64,000 nt of DNA, taken from the NCBI GenBank assembly GCA_963772725.1, contig CAVYYI010000001.1:352001-416000 (forward strand). The letters run 5' to 3'. This document shows, piece after piece, positions 30,177-39,496 of this stretch. The position numbers and the translations under genes were made by a program. The notes beneath the pieces were generated by a model. The model was not told where the DNA came from, ran no database searches, and saw only the letters and a program-made list of their open reading frames with translations. Positions within the stretch are counted from its first letter, which is position 1. Every line of letters begins with the position of its first letter. This stretch comes from an uncultured Phycisphaerales bacterium. Its GTDB lineage: Bacteria > Planctomycetota > Phycisphaerae > Sedimentisphaerales > Anaerobacaceae.

Positions 30177-32371
30177 TTTTGCTTTTTAGTAAGGGCGGCT
30201 TTTAGGCTTTGGGCGGCTTTGGTGAAATTGGGATTAATTCGCAGGGCATTTTGATATTCTGATATGGCCTCGTCAATGCCGCCCTGTTGTTCGAGGAGGA
30301 CGCCGAGGTTGTAGTGCATTTCAAAATCGTCGGGCTGGTTTTTCAGCACAAATCGAAATTGCTCGATAGCCTGTTTTATTTTACCAACAGCGGCAAGGGC
30401 AAGCCCGAAACGTCCGTGCGCGATTATGTTGTTTGGTTCGGCGGCGATGGCCTTATCGTAATATTTCTCGGCCTCGTTGAAATCTCCCTGTTTTGCGAGT
30501 ATGGTCGCGAAACTGCTCATATCGTCCGCGGTAGCGCTGCCCAGCGAAATGGCTTTACGGTACTCGGCAATGGCCTGGCTGGTTTGTTCTGTTTTGCCGA
30601 GAATTGATGCGAGGCCGTAACGTGCCGCTGTGAAATCAGGATTTATCGCAAGGGCTTTTTTGTATTGCTCAATTGCCTGCTCATTTTTGTCCGACTTAGC
30701 AAGTGCGTTCGCGAAATTGGTGAGTATTTCCGGTGAGTCAGGCTTAATCAGCAGGGCCTTTTGGTAATATTGCATGGCGAGGGGTATTTGGCCTTTATCC
30801 GCGAGAGTAATCGCAAAGTTGCTGAGAATTTCCGGATTATCGGGTTCCTGTTTAAGTGCTTCGTTATAATGCCTGATTGCCTCATCGGTGAGTCCTTTTT
30901 TGGCGAGAATATTGGCGAGGCGGAAGTGGACTTTCGAGTTATTTTTTCCTGTTTGCAGCAGGTTGTTGCATATTCTAATCGCCTCATCAAACCTGTTGCT
31001 CAGGAAATACGCCATAATCAGATTGTAATGCGCGTTGATAAACTCAGGGCTGATTTTGACGGCTGTTTTATAGTGGGCGATAGCTTTTTTGTAGTCTTTC
31101 CTTTCGAGGTAAACATTGCCTATGTTCAGATGCGCGATGTGGTTATCGCTTGTTACTTCGAGAGCGTGCGTAAAAAGGGTAAAACTATTTCGCCAATAGC
31201 CAATTTGTACCCAGCTGACAGCGGAAAGGGCCAGTAATGATATAACGGCAGAAGAGATAAGCCAGCTCTTTCGCAAACGCCAATCGGCGGCGATTTCGGC
31301 GGCTCCCCAGGAAATCATAATCAGTAGGCCAATCATTGGGATATACATATATCTGTCGGCCCTTGCCTGGCTGCCCACCTGTATAAGGCCGATGACGGGA
31401 ACAAGGGTTATGACGTACCAGAGCCAGCCGAAAATGAGATAACGTCTTTTGGAATACAAAACAGCCAGCGAGATGCCCGCAAGAAATAGTATCGCAGCGG
31501 GGGTAATCCATATCGCCTGAAGTTTAATATGCGGATAATACACGGTCAGGCCACTGGGGATAAAGGTTTTGATTATATAAATCACATATGTGTTTAAAGC
31601 GTTGCGAATTCTTTCACCGATGCCGAGATAATCGGTAGTTATTACCGCGCCGCCTTTTTTCTGGACGATGAATGTTATGAAACTCGATGCCGCCGCCAAA
31701 ATAAAAAACGGAATCTTTTCTACTACAAGGCGGGAGATAGTCTTCAGTTGGAACTGTTTGACGCGTTTGAGCGGCCAATAATCCAGCAGGAGCAGAATAA
31801 GGGGCAGAGTTACGAGCATGGGTTTAGCCATTAGGCCGAGGATAAAAAATATTAGCGCCAATAGGTATCTGCCGGGTTTTTGATGCTCGGCATAACGAAC
31901 ATACGCCCACATTGTTAGCAGCCAGAATAAAGTACTCAGGACATCTTTTCGTTCTGCGACCCATGCGACCGACTGGATGTGCAGGGGATGCAGGGCGAAA
32001 ACGGCAGCCGTGAAGGCGCTTTGCCAGAAGGCTCCTGTTATTTTTTTAAGTAAACCGAAAAGCAGCAGTGTATTGGCGATGTGCAGCAAAAGACTTACGG
32101 CGTGATGTCCGGATGGGTTGAGGCCGAACATCGTACAGTTGAGTATATGCGATAGCCACGTTATAGGATGCCAGTTTTGCGCATTGCTGCTTGTAAATGA
32201 CCATAATATGCTTTTTGCGTTCAAACCATGCTGTACGTGAGTATTCTCGGTAACATATACCGGGTCATCGTAGTTGACAAAATCATTGTGAAAGACCTGG
32301 CAATAGACCGCGATTGTTGCCACGGCTAAAAGGGCACATATTACTGGAAATCTGTATTTGTCGGAGGTCAT
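30173..32371 (-). CDS. TMTC-like multi-pass membrane protein with C-terminal TPR repeats
   Basis: FVNYDD, WHPITWLSH, HPLHIQSVAWVAERKD and ADRYMY; many TPRs. Confidence 0.9.
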   Translation of the reverse strand: MTSDKYRFPVICALLAVATIAVYCQVFHNDFVNYDDPVYVTENTHVQHGLNAKSILWSFTSSNAQNWHPITWLSHILNCTMFGLNPSGHHAVSLLLHIANTLLLFGLLKKITGAFWQSAFTAAVFALHPLHIQSVAWVAERKDVLSTLFWLLTMWAYVRYAEHQKPGRYLLALIFFILGLMAKPMLVTLPLILLLLDYWPLKRVKQFQLKTISRLVVEKIPFFILAAASSFITFIVQKKGGAVITTDYLGIGERIRNALNTYVIYIIKTFIPSGLTVYYPHIKLQAIWITPAAILFLAGISLAVLYSKRRYLIFGWLWYVITLVPVIGLIQVGSQARADRYMYIPMIGLLIMISWGAAEIAADWRLRKSWLISSAVISLLALSAVSWVQIGYWRNSFTLFTHALEVTSDNHIAHLNIGNVYLERKDYKKAIAHYKTAVKISPEFINAHYNLIMAYFLSNRFDEAIRICNNLLQTGKNNSKVHFRLANILAKKGLTDEAIRHYNEALKQEPDNPEILSNFAITLADKGQIPLAMQYYQKALLIKPDSPEILTNFANALAKSDKNEQAIEQYKKALAINPDFTAARYGLASILGKTEQTSQAIAEYRKAISLGSATADDMSSFATILAKQGDFNEAEKYYDKAIAAEPNNIIAHGRFGLALAAVGKIKQAIEQFRFVLKNQPDDFEMHYNLGVLLEQQGGIDEAISEYQNALRINPNFTKAAQSLKAALTKKQN

Positions 32372-34260
32372 GGTTTTTCTTTTCGCTCTTTTTCAGTTTG
32401 TTTTTTTAAGGCGATACTCAATTGCTCACGGGCCTTGGGAAAATCAGGATTGATTTTCAATGATTCCTGATATTGTCTTATGGCATCTGCGATTTGGCCT
32501 TTACATTCGAGGAGAAACCCGAGATTATACTGCATTTCCGCGTCTTTAGGCTGTCTTTTCAGCACAAACCGGAACTCCTGCATAGCCTCATCGAATTTTC
32601 CCTCTTTGGCAAGTATCAATCCAAGTTGGCCGTGAGCGATTATATCTTCAGGGTTAATCTTGATTGATTTTTTATAATACTGGATTGCCTGTTCAGTATC
32701 CCCCTTCTTATTCATTTCGGAAGCGAGCATGTTAATCGCATCGATATAGTTGGGATCGAGCTGCACTGTGTCCTGATATGCGGTGATTGCCTCATCGTGA
32801 TTTCCTTTTTGTGCCAACGCCAGTCCCATATTATAGTATGAAACGGGCGCATTTGGCTTGAGTTCTATCGCAAGTTTGTAATGCTGAATGGCCTCATCGA
32901 GTTTACCGATTTTAACCTTAAAGTTGCCGAGATTATTCTGTGTTTCAGCGGAATTGGGTCTGATTTTAAGGGCAGCCTCGAATTGTTCGATGGCTTTAGG
33001 AATATTGCCTTGTTCGCTTAAAATATTAGCGTAGTTGTTGTGGATGATATAATTATTTTTTGTAACGCTGAGGGTATGCTCAAAAAGCGTTGAGTTATTT
33101 TCCCAGTATCTTACCTGTATCGACGCGACCGCCATTAATGACAGCAGTATTACGCATCCTGCAATCGTTGTGTGGATTTTGAGAGACGGTTTTTTTGCGA
33201 GAAGGTCGTTGGCCGCCCAGGCTATTATGATAAACAGGCCTATTAAGGGGATATAGGTGTATCTGTCAGCCATTGATTGAGCGCCGACCTGCACCATGCC
33301 TATAACGGGAACAAGTGTGCCGAGGTACCAGAGCCAGCCGACGGTCATATATTTTCGCCGCCTGAAAAAATAAATGAAGCATACTGTCAGCAGGAGGAGC
33401 AGTATCGCACAGATGGTGACTTTAGTTATGGGGAGGTTATATCTTGGGTGTGGATATAAAACGGCGAGGTCTGTGGGCCAAAACATTTTCCAGATATAGG
33501 CGATGTAGGAAATAATCGAATTGCCTATACGGACTTTGAGGCTGTATGTGTCAATTGAGCTGACGGAGCCGCCACTTCGCTGAACAAGGAATGTTATGAC
33601 AGAAGAGACAGCGGAAATCGCGAAAAAAGGGATTTTTTCGACGAGAAGGCCAAGGGATATTTTGCGTTCGAGCGGCCAATAGTCCAGCAGGAGCAGGACA
33701 AAAGGCAGGGTAACAACCATTGGTTTTGCCATAATGCCAAGTATGAAAAATATAAGGGTGAGGAGATAGGTTGTCCATTTTTGGCGTTTACCATAATGGC
33801 TGTAAGCTAAAATTGTCAGCATCCAGAATAATGTGCTTAGGACGTCCTTTCGTTCAGCGACCCAGGCAACCGATTCGACGTGTAAGGGATGTATTCCAAA
33901 AAGTGCCGCGGCGAATGCACTTGCCCAGAGAGTTCCGGTCAACCGGAGCAATATAATGAATAGCAAGAGGGTATTTGCTATGTGGAAGAGCACGTTAACG
34001 AGATGATGGCCGCCTGCCCAGGTACCGAACAATTGATAATCGAGGGTGTGGGACAGCCAGGTTACGGGGTGCCAGTTGCTGGCGTATCCGCTGGTAAAGG
34101 CCCAGCGGATGTTTTGCAGAGTGAAGCCTGATTTTATAGAAGGGTTAACTTCGATGTAGGTATTATCGTCGTATTTGACGAACTCATAATTGATGACTGG
34201 CCAATACACCGCGACAACGGCAAGAACCAGAAAAAAACAAATTTTAACCACATGTTTCAC
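32368..34260 (-). CDS. TMTC-like multi-pass membrane protein with TPR repeats (tandem paralog)
   Basis: FVKYDD, WHPVTWLSH, HPLHVESVAWVAERKD and ADRYTY; TPRs. Confidence 0.9.
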   Translation of the reverse strand: MKHVVKICFFLVLAVVAVYWPVINYEFVKYDDNTYIEVNPSIKSGFTLQNIRWAFTSGYASNWHPVTWLSHTLDYQLFGTWAGGHHLVNVLFHIANTLLLFIILLRLTGTLWASAFAAALFGIHPLHVESVAWVAERKDVLSTLFWMLTILAYSHYGKRQKWTTYLLTLIFFILGIMAKPMVVTLPFVLLLLDYWPLERKISLGLLVEKIPFFAISAVSSVITFLVQRSGGSVSSIDTYSLKVRIGNSIISYIAYIWKMFWPTDLAVLYPHPRYNLPITKVTICAILLLLLTVCFIYFFRRRKYMTVGWLWYLGTLVPVIGMVQVGAQSMADRYTYIPLIGLFIIIAWAANDLLAKKPSLKIHTTIAGCVILLSLMAVASIQVRYWENNSTLFEHTLSVTKNNYIIHNNYANILSEQGNIPKAIEQFEAALKIRPNSAETQNNLGNFKVKIGKLDEAIQHYKLAIELKPNAPVSYYNMGLALAQKGNHDEAITAYQDTVQLDPNYIDAINMLASEMNKKGDTEQAIQYYKKSIKINPEDIIAHGQLGLILAKEGKFDEAMQEFRFVLKRQPKDAEMQYNLGFLLECKGQIADAIRQYQESLKINPDFPKAREQLSIALKKQTEKERKEKP

Positions 34261-34275
34261 AGATTAACTTTGTTA

Positions 34276-34612
34276 TACTGTTCTTGATTGAAAAATTCCG
34301 CATTTTTCAATCAGAAAACACATTCTGTCCGATAAACAGTGTATATGAAGGATTATAAGTTGTCAAAAGAGAAAATAGCTGAACTGGAAAAGCCATACTC
34401 GCCAAATTTGAATCTGATTGAGCGGTACTGGAAGTTTTTTAAGAAAAAAGTGCTGAACAATCGCTACTATGAAACATTTGGTGAATTCAAGCTGGCTTGT
34501 GAAAGGTTTTTTCGGAAGAGAAAGAAATATTTGCCGGAATTGCAGGCATTGCTGACAGAATACTTCCATATTCAAGCAGCTTGAAAACAGGAAAACTCAA
34601 TCGTAAGCAGTA
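34276..34612 (+). mobile_element. internally deleted IS630-family element (MITE-like, 337 bp) flanked by TA
   Basis: TA|TACTGTTCTTGATTGA ... TCAATCGTAAGCAGTA|TA; the ORF fuses MKDYKLSKEKIAELEK to the IS630 C-terminal PYSPNLNLIERYWK. Confidence 0.85.
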
Positions 34613-34710
34613 TACCTAATACACTACCTATCCTAACGTAGCCGGAGACAAATCTAAAATCTTTAATATTTCTTCGTAATTCTACGAGTGTAAACCCGTA
34701 GATGAAGTTA

Positions 34711-34757
34711 CCCGCCAAAGGCGGGCAGGCACTTCGACGTTGCTCAGTGCAGGCAGG
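34711..34757. repeat. nested REP-like palindromes
   Basis: CCCGCC-aaa-GGCGGG followed by GCACT-tcgacgttgctc-AGTGC and AGGCAGG. Confidence 0.45.
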
Positions 34758-34780
34758 TGGCAGGGCTAAACGATAAGAAA

Positions 34781-35561
34781 TTAAGATCTGGACAGCGAAC
34801 TCTTTTTTTCGGTTGTTCATCTGTGCTTTCAGGCGTCCAACAATTGAAGAATGCATCTGTGAAACGCGTGATTCGGACAAATCGAGAGTTGCTCCGATTT
34901 CCTTCATAGTCATTTCTTCATAATAATACAGGACGATAATCAGCCGTTCGGCACGAGTCAGGCCTTTAGTCAGCAGGCCTTTAAGGTCGCGTTTCTGTGC
35001 CTCGACGAGCGGGTCGAGACTTTTCTTGTCGTCGATGATATCGATTTCTCGCATATCCTTTTCGCTGTTGTCTTCGGCGCATTGCGTATCGAGTGATACG
35101 ACACTGACGGCGCTGGCGTCGCGCTGGAGGCGGTTGAACTCCATTGAATCGAGATCAAGCTCTTCAGCGATTTCCTTTTCTGTTGGTTTTCTGCCGAGAT
35201 GTGTCTCAAGGGAATGAACGGCCTTTGTCAACTGGCTGGTGCGGCGCGAACCAGGCGGGGGACCCAGTCCATGCTTCGCAGCTCATCGAGAATCGAACCT
35301 CTGATTCTCGGGCGCAGTAGGTCTCGAATTTCACGCCCCTGGCAGGGTCGAAGGCCTCAAGGGCATCCATAAGACCGAAATTGCCAACGCTGATTAGGTC
35401 GTCGAGTTCGACTTTGTCGGGCAGCTTGGCGTCAGCCGCTCAGCGGTATATACAACGATATGTTTGTAATTTTCCATCAACAGGTTGCGAGACTTATCAT
35501 CGTGGGTTTTGTGGTACTGTTCCCAAACCTGGTCAATGTTAAGATTTTGCTGAGTTTTCAT
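34781..35561 (-). pseudogene. fliA: FliA/WhiG-family sigma factor, apparently frameshifted (4 single-base deletions in the 5' half; 3' end approximate)
   Basis: Corrected reading MKTQQNLNIDQVWEQY...[57 protein letters not shown]...LYYYEEMTMKEIGATLDLSESRVSQMH; GGAG RBS. Confidence 0.85.
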
Positions 35562-35603
35562 AAGGTAACTCCTAATTCATTATCGGCCTTTTACGGCGAC
35601 ACT

Positions 35604-36464
35604 TTAAAAGAACCAATCGACAACTTTTCTGAAAAAACCTTCCGTTTCAGGCTGGGCGGTATTACAGCTGCCCAGCTTCACGGCTAACGCCGCGAGGGAA
35701 GAGGTAATTTTTGCTTTTGGATACGCCAAAACAACGGGTTTGCGTAATCGCACCGAGGCGGCAAGCTGGCTGTCCTGAGCGAGGCAGCCGGCATAATAAA
35801 GAGCAGCATTCAGGAACCTTTTGGCGACGCTTGCGATTTGCTGATAGGTTTTTCTGCCTTCTTCAGCGGACTGAACCATATTGACAACCAGACTTATCCT
35901 GCCGGGGTATTTATTTCCGGTTAAGACCTTAATCATCGCGTAAGCATCGGTCATAGCTGTCGCTTCAGGGGTGGTAACAACCAGGACATGGTCAGCGGCA
36001 AGACAGAATCCTACGACGGATTTTGAGATTCCGGCGGCGGTGTCGATAATCATCGTGTCGGTGTCGTCCTGTAATTTCGACAAAGCCGTCAACAGGCGGT
36101 TGCGCTGAAATTCGGTGAGGTCAGCCAAATCCTGAAGGCCGGAAGCACCGCATATTATTTCCAGGCCGTTGGGGCCGAAATGGATAATATCCTCGATTTT
36201 TTTTACGCCGTTAAGCATGTGCGAAATGTTGTATTTATTGTTTATGTCCATAACGACGTTGAGATTGCCTAACGAAAAGTCGGTATCGACGAGCACAACC
36301 CTTTTTCCTGAGGCGGCCATACATATCGCGAGGTTTGCGGCTATGTTGGTCTTGCCTACGCCCCCTTTGCCGCTGGTAATCGCAAGGACTTTGGCCTTAG
36401 ATTGAGAATTCTGCATAATTTGCGTCAGCTGGTGTGCGTGTGTTTGTGTTTGCATATATCTCAA
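35604..36464 (-). CDS. flhG: MinD/FlhG (FleN) family ATPase
   Basis: AITSGKGGVGKTNIAANLA, IIDTAAGIS and VTTPEATAMTDAYAMIK; upstream of fliA. Confidence 0.85.
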   Translation of the reverse strand: MRYMQTQTHAHQLTQIMQNSQSKAKVLAITSGKGGVGKTNIAANLAICMAASGKRVVLVDTDFSLGNLNVVMDINNKYNISHMLNGVKKIEDIIHFGPNGLEIICGASGLQDLADLTEFQRNRLLTALSKLQDDTDTMIIDTAAGISKSVVGFCLAADHVLVVTTPEATAMTDAYAMIKVLTGNKYPGRISLVVNMVQSAEEGRKTYQQIASVAKRFLNAALYYAGCLAQDSQLAASVRLRKPVVLAYPKAKITSSLAALAVKLGSCNTAQPETEGFFRKVVDWFF

Positions 36465-36501
36465 CCCTCTACAAATTTATGAATCGCCGCGAGTGCCCAT
36501 G

Positions 36502-36918
36502 TTATTCGTGCAATGAGGCGATACTTTGTTTTTGTTTCAATAATTCAGTAGCTATTCTCTGGTTTAAGGAATTTTCCATAAGTTTATTTATCTGCAGCTC
36601 AACGTATTGGTCATGATTAGTTTCGAGGAGCTTTTTTGCGTTTTTATCGGGCAGGGGCCTGATTTCGAATTTACCACCGGCACCAAACTTGAAACTTTTG
36701 GTGTCGCGCATTATCAGACGATGCTTTTGAACGTGTTCAACAATCGCCTCGTTAAGCATGTCGGAGAATTCGTCAACATCCAAATCTTCGGGGGTGAAGT
36801 CGGGATTGTGGCAATCAATGACGTTTTTGCTGAGAATTTCCTGACGTGTTCGAGTAAATTCTATTATTTTAACAAGTATTTCGCTGATATTATCAGTTAC
36901 AAATTGTTTAATGTTCAT
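36502..36918 (-). CDS. divergent FlgB-like protein
   Basis: RQEILSKNVIDCHNPDFTPEDLD resembles FlgB RQxxIANNIANxxTPGY; C-terminal VELQINKLMENSLNQRIATELL resembles the FlgB C-terminus. Confidence 0.65.
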   Translation of the reverse strand: MNIKQFVTDNISEILVKIIEFTRTRQEILSKNVIDCHNPDFTPEDLDVDEFSDMLNEAIVEHVQKHRLIMRDTKSFKFGAGGKFEIRPLPDKNAKKLLETNHDQYVELQINKLMENSLNQRIATELLKQKQSIASLHE

Positions 36919-37075
36919 ATACGATTCCTGCCATTGAGTTTATGGAGCGGTAATACCGTCCCTGATTTTTTGAGAGAAAAGTGAGAAGTGAAGGGCAATC
37001 CGCGAAAAACAAAGCCCCGAAACTCATCCATGACCATTTCATTTTTTCTTCCTTGAATATTATGAAAACAGTTTT

Positions 37076-37369
37076 TTAGTTTTGCCCCGCCGGCGGTTTT
37101 TCTGACGCGGCGTCTTCTTTATTTAAAATCTGTCTTATTTCGTAGAGGGTTTTCGTTTCTTTCATGTTCAAAATTTTTGATAATCTTTCAAATACCGATT
37201 CGTCATAAAGCCTGTGTCCGCCATCAGTCAATTGTGATTCGCTGATAAGCCCCATAACTGTGTAGTTGTGAAGAGTCTGCCTTGAGAAGGGCGTGCTGTG
37301 AACCAACTCACCTATTCGATAAAGCTTGGCAGGTATTTGAATGGTCTTATTCATAGCTCTAATCAACAC
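37076..37369 (-). CDS. MerR-family HTH regulator
   Basis: YRIGEL...SRQTLHNYTVMGLI...GGHRLY. Confidence 0.85.
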   Translation of the reverse strand: MLIRAMNKTIQIPAKLYRIGELVHSTPFSRQTLHNYTVMGLISESQLTDGGHRLYDESVFERLSKILNMKETKTLYEIRQILNKEDAASEKPPAGQN

Positions 37370-37578
37370 GTTTTATTACACTGAACCCAAAAACATATTT
37401 TACGTTTTGCAAAATGTAAAATATATTTTATCGGATGTCAACTTTTTTTTTATTTTTTTTAAAAAAATTCTTATTTTTAGAAAATATTTTGTAAACTTTT
37501 TTTGGCGGATTAGAGTTTGACCGGAATTTTCAGGAGTTAAGAATAAAGATTTAGAGACGTTTTGGAGCAGGAGATGAT

Positions 37579-38658
37579 ATGACTGTAGAGCGAAAATTAG
37601 AAAAGACCACTCCCAATAATCCATGCAGTCGCACTAAAGACACATTTTTATTCGGACGTATCACACCGCTGGCAAGACAGATAAATTGCCTTGATATTGC
37701 GCAAATAGCTGATGTTTGCATTAAGAATATACCAGATATAGTGGGTGCGAGATTTGCTTCGCTTTATACAATTGATGAAACGAATAACATTTTGCACCTG
37801 CAGGGTTACAATCACCCATTTCCTTTGAACAAAATCGTCTCGCTCAGTCAGCTTCCACCATCACCGATGGTTATGGCGGTCAAAAGTAAAGAATTAATAC
37901 TAATCGGGGATATTGAGACCCACAAGATGCCGGTGATAAAAAAATCGCAACGCGTTTTTGCGTCGAATTATAAGACTAATAATTGTGTGATTGCACCTCT
38001 TATCTGCCAGGACAGGGTAGTTGGGGTTTTGAATTTGTCGGACAAGATTAGCGGGGAGGGATTCGATGCGGACGATATCGCGATAATAGAACTTTTCAGC
38101 CAATTGATAGGAGCGTCAATCGGCAATATAAAGCTTTTTGAAAAGATACAACGCCAGGCAACGGTTGACGGATTGACGGGATTTTTAAATCACAAGACAT
38201 TTTATGAGATTCTCGAAAACGAATTGTGGCGTTCGCGTCGTCATGGCGGGCCAATCTCGCTGATTATGATTGATATCGATAATCTGAAAAAGATAAACGA
38301 TACATACGGCCACCGAGCAGGCGACAAAGTCATTCGTGAAATCAGCAGGAGAATCAAGGAGTGCATACGGCAGATAGATACGGCGGCGAGGTACGGCGGG
38401 GATGAGTTCGCGGTAATTTTGCCGAACACCGAGCTTGCGGAAGCGGTAATAGTAGGTCAGCGTATGGTTGATAATGTTGCCGCATCGCCATTGATATGGG
38501 AAGATGGCGCGATACCGCTTTCCGTCAGCGTTGGAGTAGGACAGTATGACGCAGACACAACTCCAGAAAATATAACGAGCCGTTCCGACCAGGCGTTGTA
38601 CAACGCCAAGCAGGCTGGCAAAAATACGGTGCGAATTTTCGAGCATTTGCGCAAATAG
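37579..38658 (+). CDS. GAF-GGDEF diguanylate cyclase
   Basis: GAF domain (IAPLICQDRVVGVLNLSDK), DGLTG, INDTYGHRAGD, RQID I-site and RYGGDEF. Confidence 0.95.
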   Translation: MTVERKLEKTTPNNPCSRTKDTFLFGRITPLARQINCLDIAQIADVCIKNIPDIVGARFASLYTIDETNNILHLQGYNHPFPLNKIVSLSQLPPSPMVMAVKSKELILIGDIETHKMPVIKKSQRVFASNYKTNNCVIAPLICQDRVVGVLNLSDKISGEGFDADDIAIIELFSQLIGASIGNIKLFEKIQRQATVDGLTGFLNHKTFYEILENELWRSRRHGGPISLIMIDIDNLKKINDTYGHRAGDKVIREISRRIKECIRQIDTAARYGGDEFAVILPNTELAEAVIVGQRMVDNVAASPLIWEDGAIPLSVSVGVGQYDADTTPENITSRSDQALYNAKQAGKNTVRIFEHLRK

Positions 38659-38680
38659 GCATGGCGGCGAGGTTTGATAT

Positions 38681-39496
38681 TCAAATCAAGTCGGCGGCCG
38701 TTTCAGGAATCCAGCCATCGCTATCATCGAAGAGTTTTATATGCAGCCATCCAGGTCTGTTTTCAAGCAGATTAAATTCTGTGCCTTCATGCAGCGGGTC
38801 TTTAAAGCTGGGTGAATAATTTAGGCCATCACCCTGACGTGCGATAACCTCTTTAATTGTAATAACACCACCGATTCTGCAGGCCTTTGTTCCGGATTCC
38901 ACGATGAGCGATGATAGAAAAGCGGCTGTCAGGATGGCGCATATTGCGGCAGACGCTATCAAAGGAGCGATTCGACCAAACCATATTATCCCCGCGGCAC
39001 ATATACAAACAACGCCAAAGAAGACGCATGCAAGTAAGAACTTAGTTTTAACGGGGAAATCGTAATGCCAGAAAAACAGGGTTTGTAAGACGCGTTTTTC
39101 CGTTTTTGTCGCGACTTTATCTATCCTGCTGCCGCGAGCGAAGGCGAGGTTCTTTTGAATGTTCTCATCAGAATTATCGAGTTTTTCCGCCCTGCGATAA
39201 TTCAGTATAGCTTTGCCAAGTTCGCCTTTAAGAAAATATGCGTTAGCGAGATTATAAAACAGCCTGGCATTTTTTATCTGGCCTTCGCTTACGATTTTTT
39301 CAAAAGCGAGTATCGCTTTTTCGTAAAGCTTTTTAGCCTGCTCCGAATCCTTAGCTGAATTAGCCTCCCGGAAACTTTGGTTGGCCTGGCTGAAAAGAGA
39401 ATAGGCCTGTTCTTTAGACATCTTAGCCTGGGCAGCCATCGCCAGGTTAAACAGAAATGGAACAATTAGTATTATGGTTAATCTTTTTGTAATCAT
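38681..39496 (-). CDS. batE: BatE-like TPR/SH3 protein
   Basis: TPR (FYNLANAYFLKGELGKAILNYRRA), two TMs, SH3b-like LHEGTEF...GWIP; last gene of the Bat operon. Confidence 0.8.
   Translation of the reverse strand: MITKRLTIILIVPFLFNLAMAAQAKMSKEQAYSLFSQANQSFREANSAKDSEQAKKLYEKAILAFEKIVSEGQIKNARLFYNLANAYFLKGELGKAILNYRRAEKLDNSDENIQKNLAFARGSRIDKVATKTEKRVLQTLFFWHYDFPVKTKFLLACVFFGVVCICAAGIIWFGRIAPLIASAAICAILTAAFLSSLIVESGTKACRIGGVITIKEVIARQGDGLNYSPSFKDPLHEGTEFNLLENRPGWLHIKLFDDSDGWIPETAADLI

Noticed and set aside
34572..34780. C-terminal extension of FliA
   Set aside because: It runs through repeats into the IS630 remnant; probably read-through from a missed stop or indel.
37400..37510. Extremely AT-rich tract and a 74-aa ORF
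   Set aside because: Consistent with a divergent promoter/UP region; the ORF is low-complexity.
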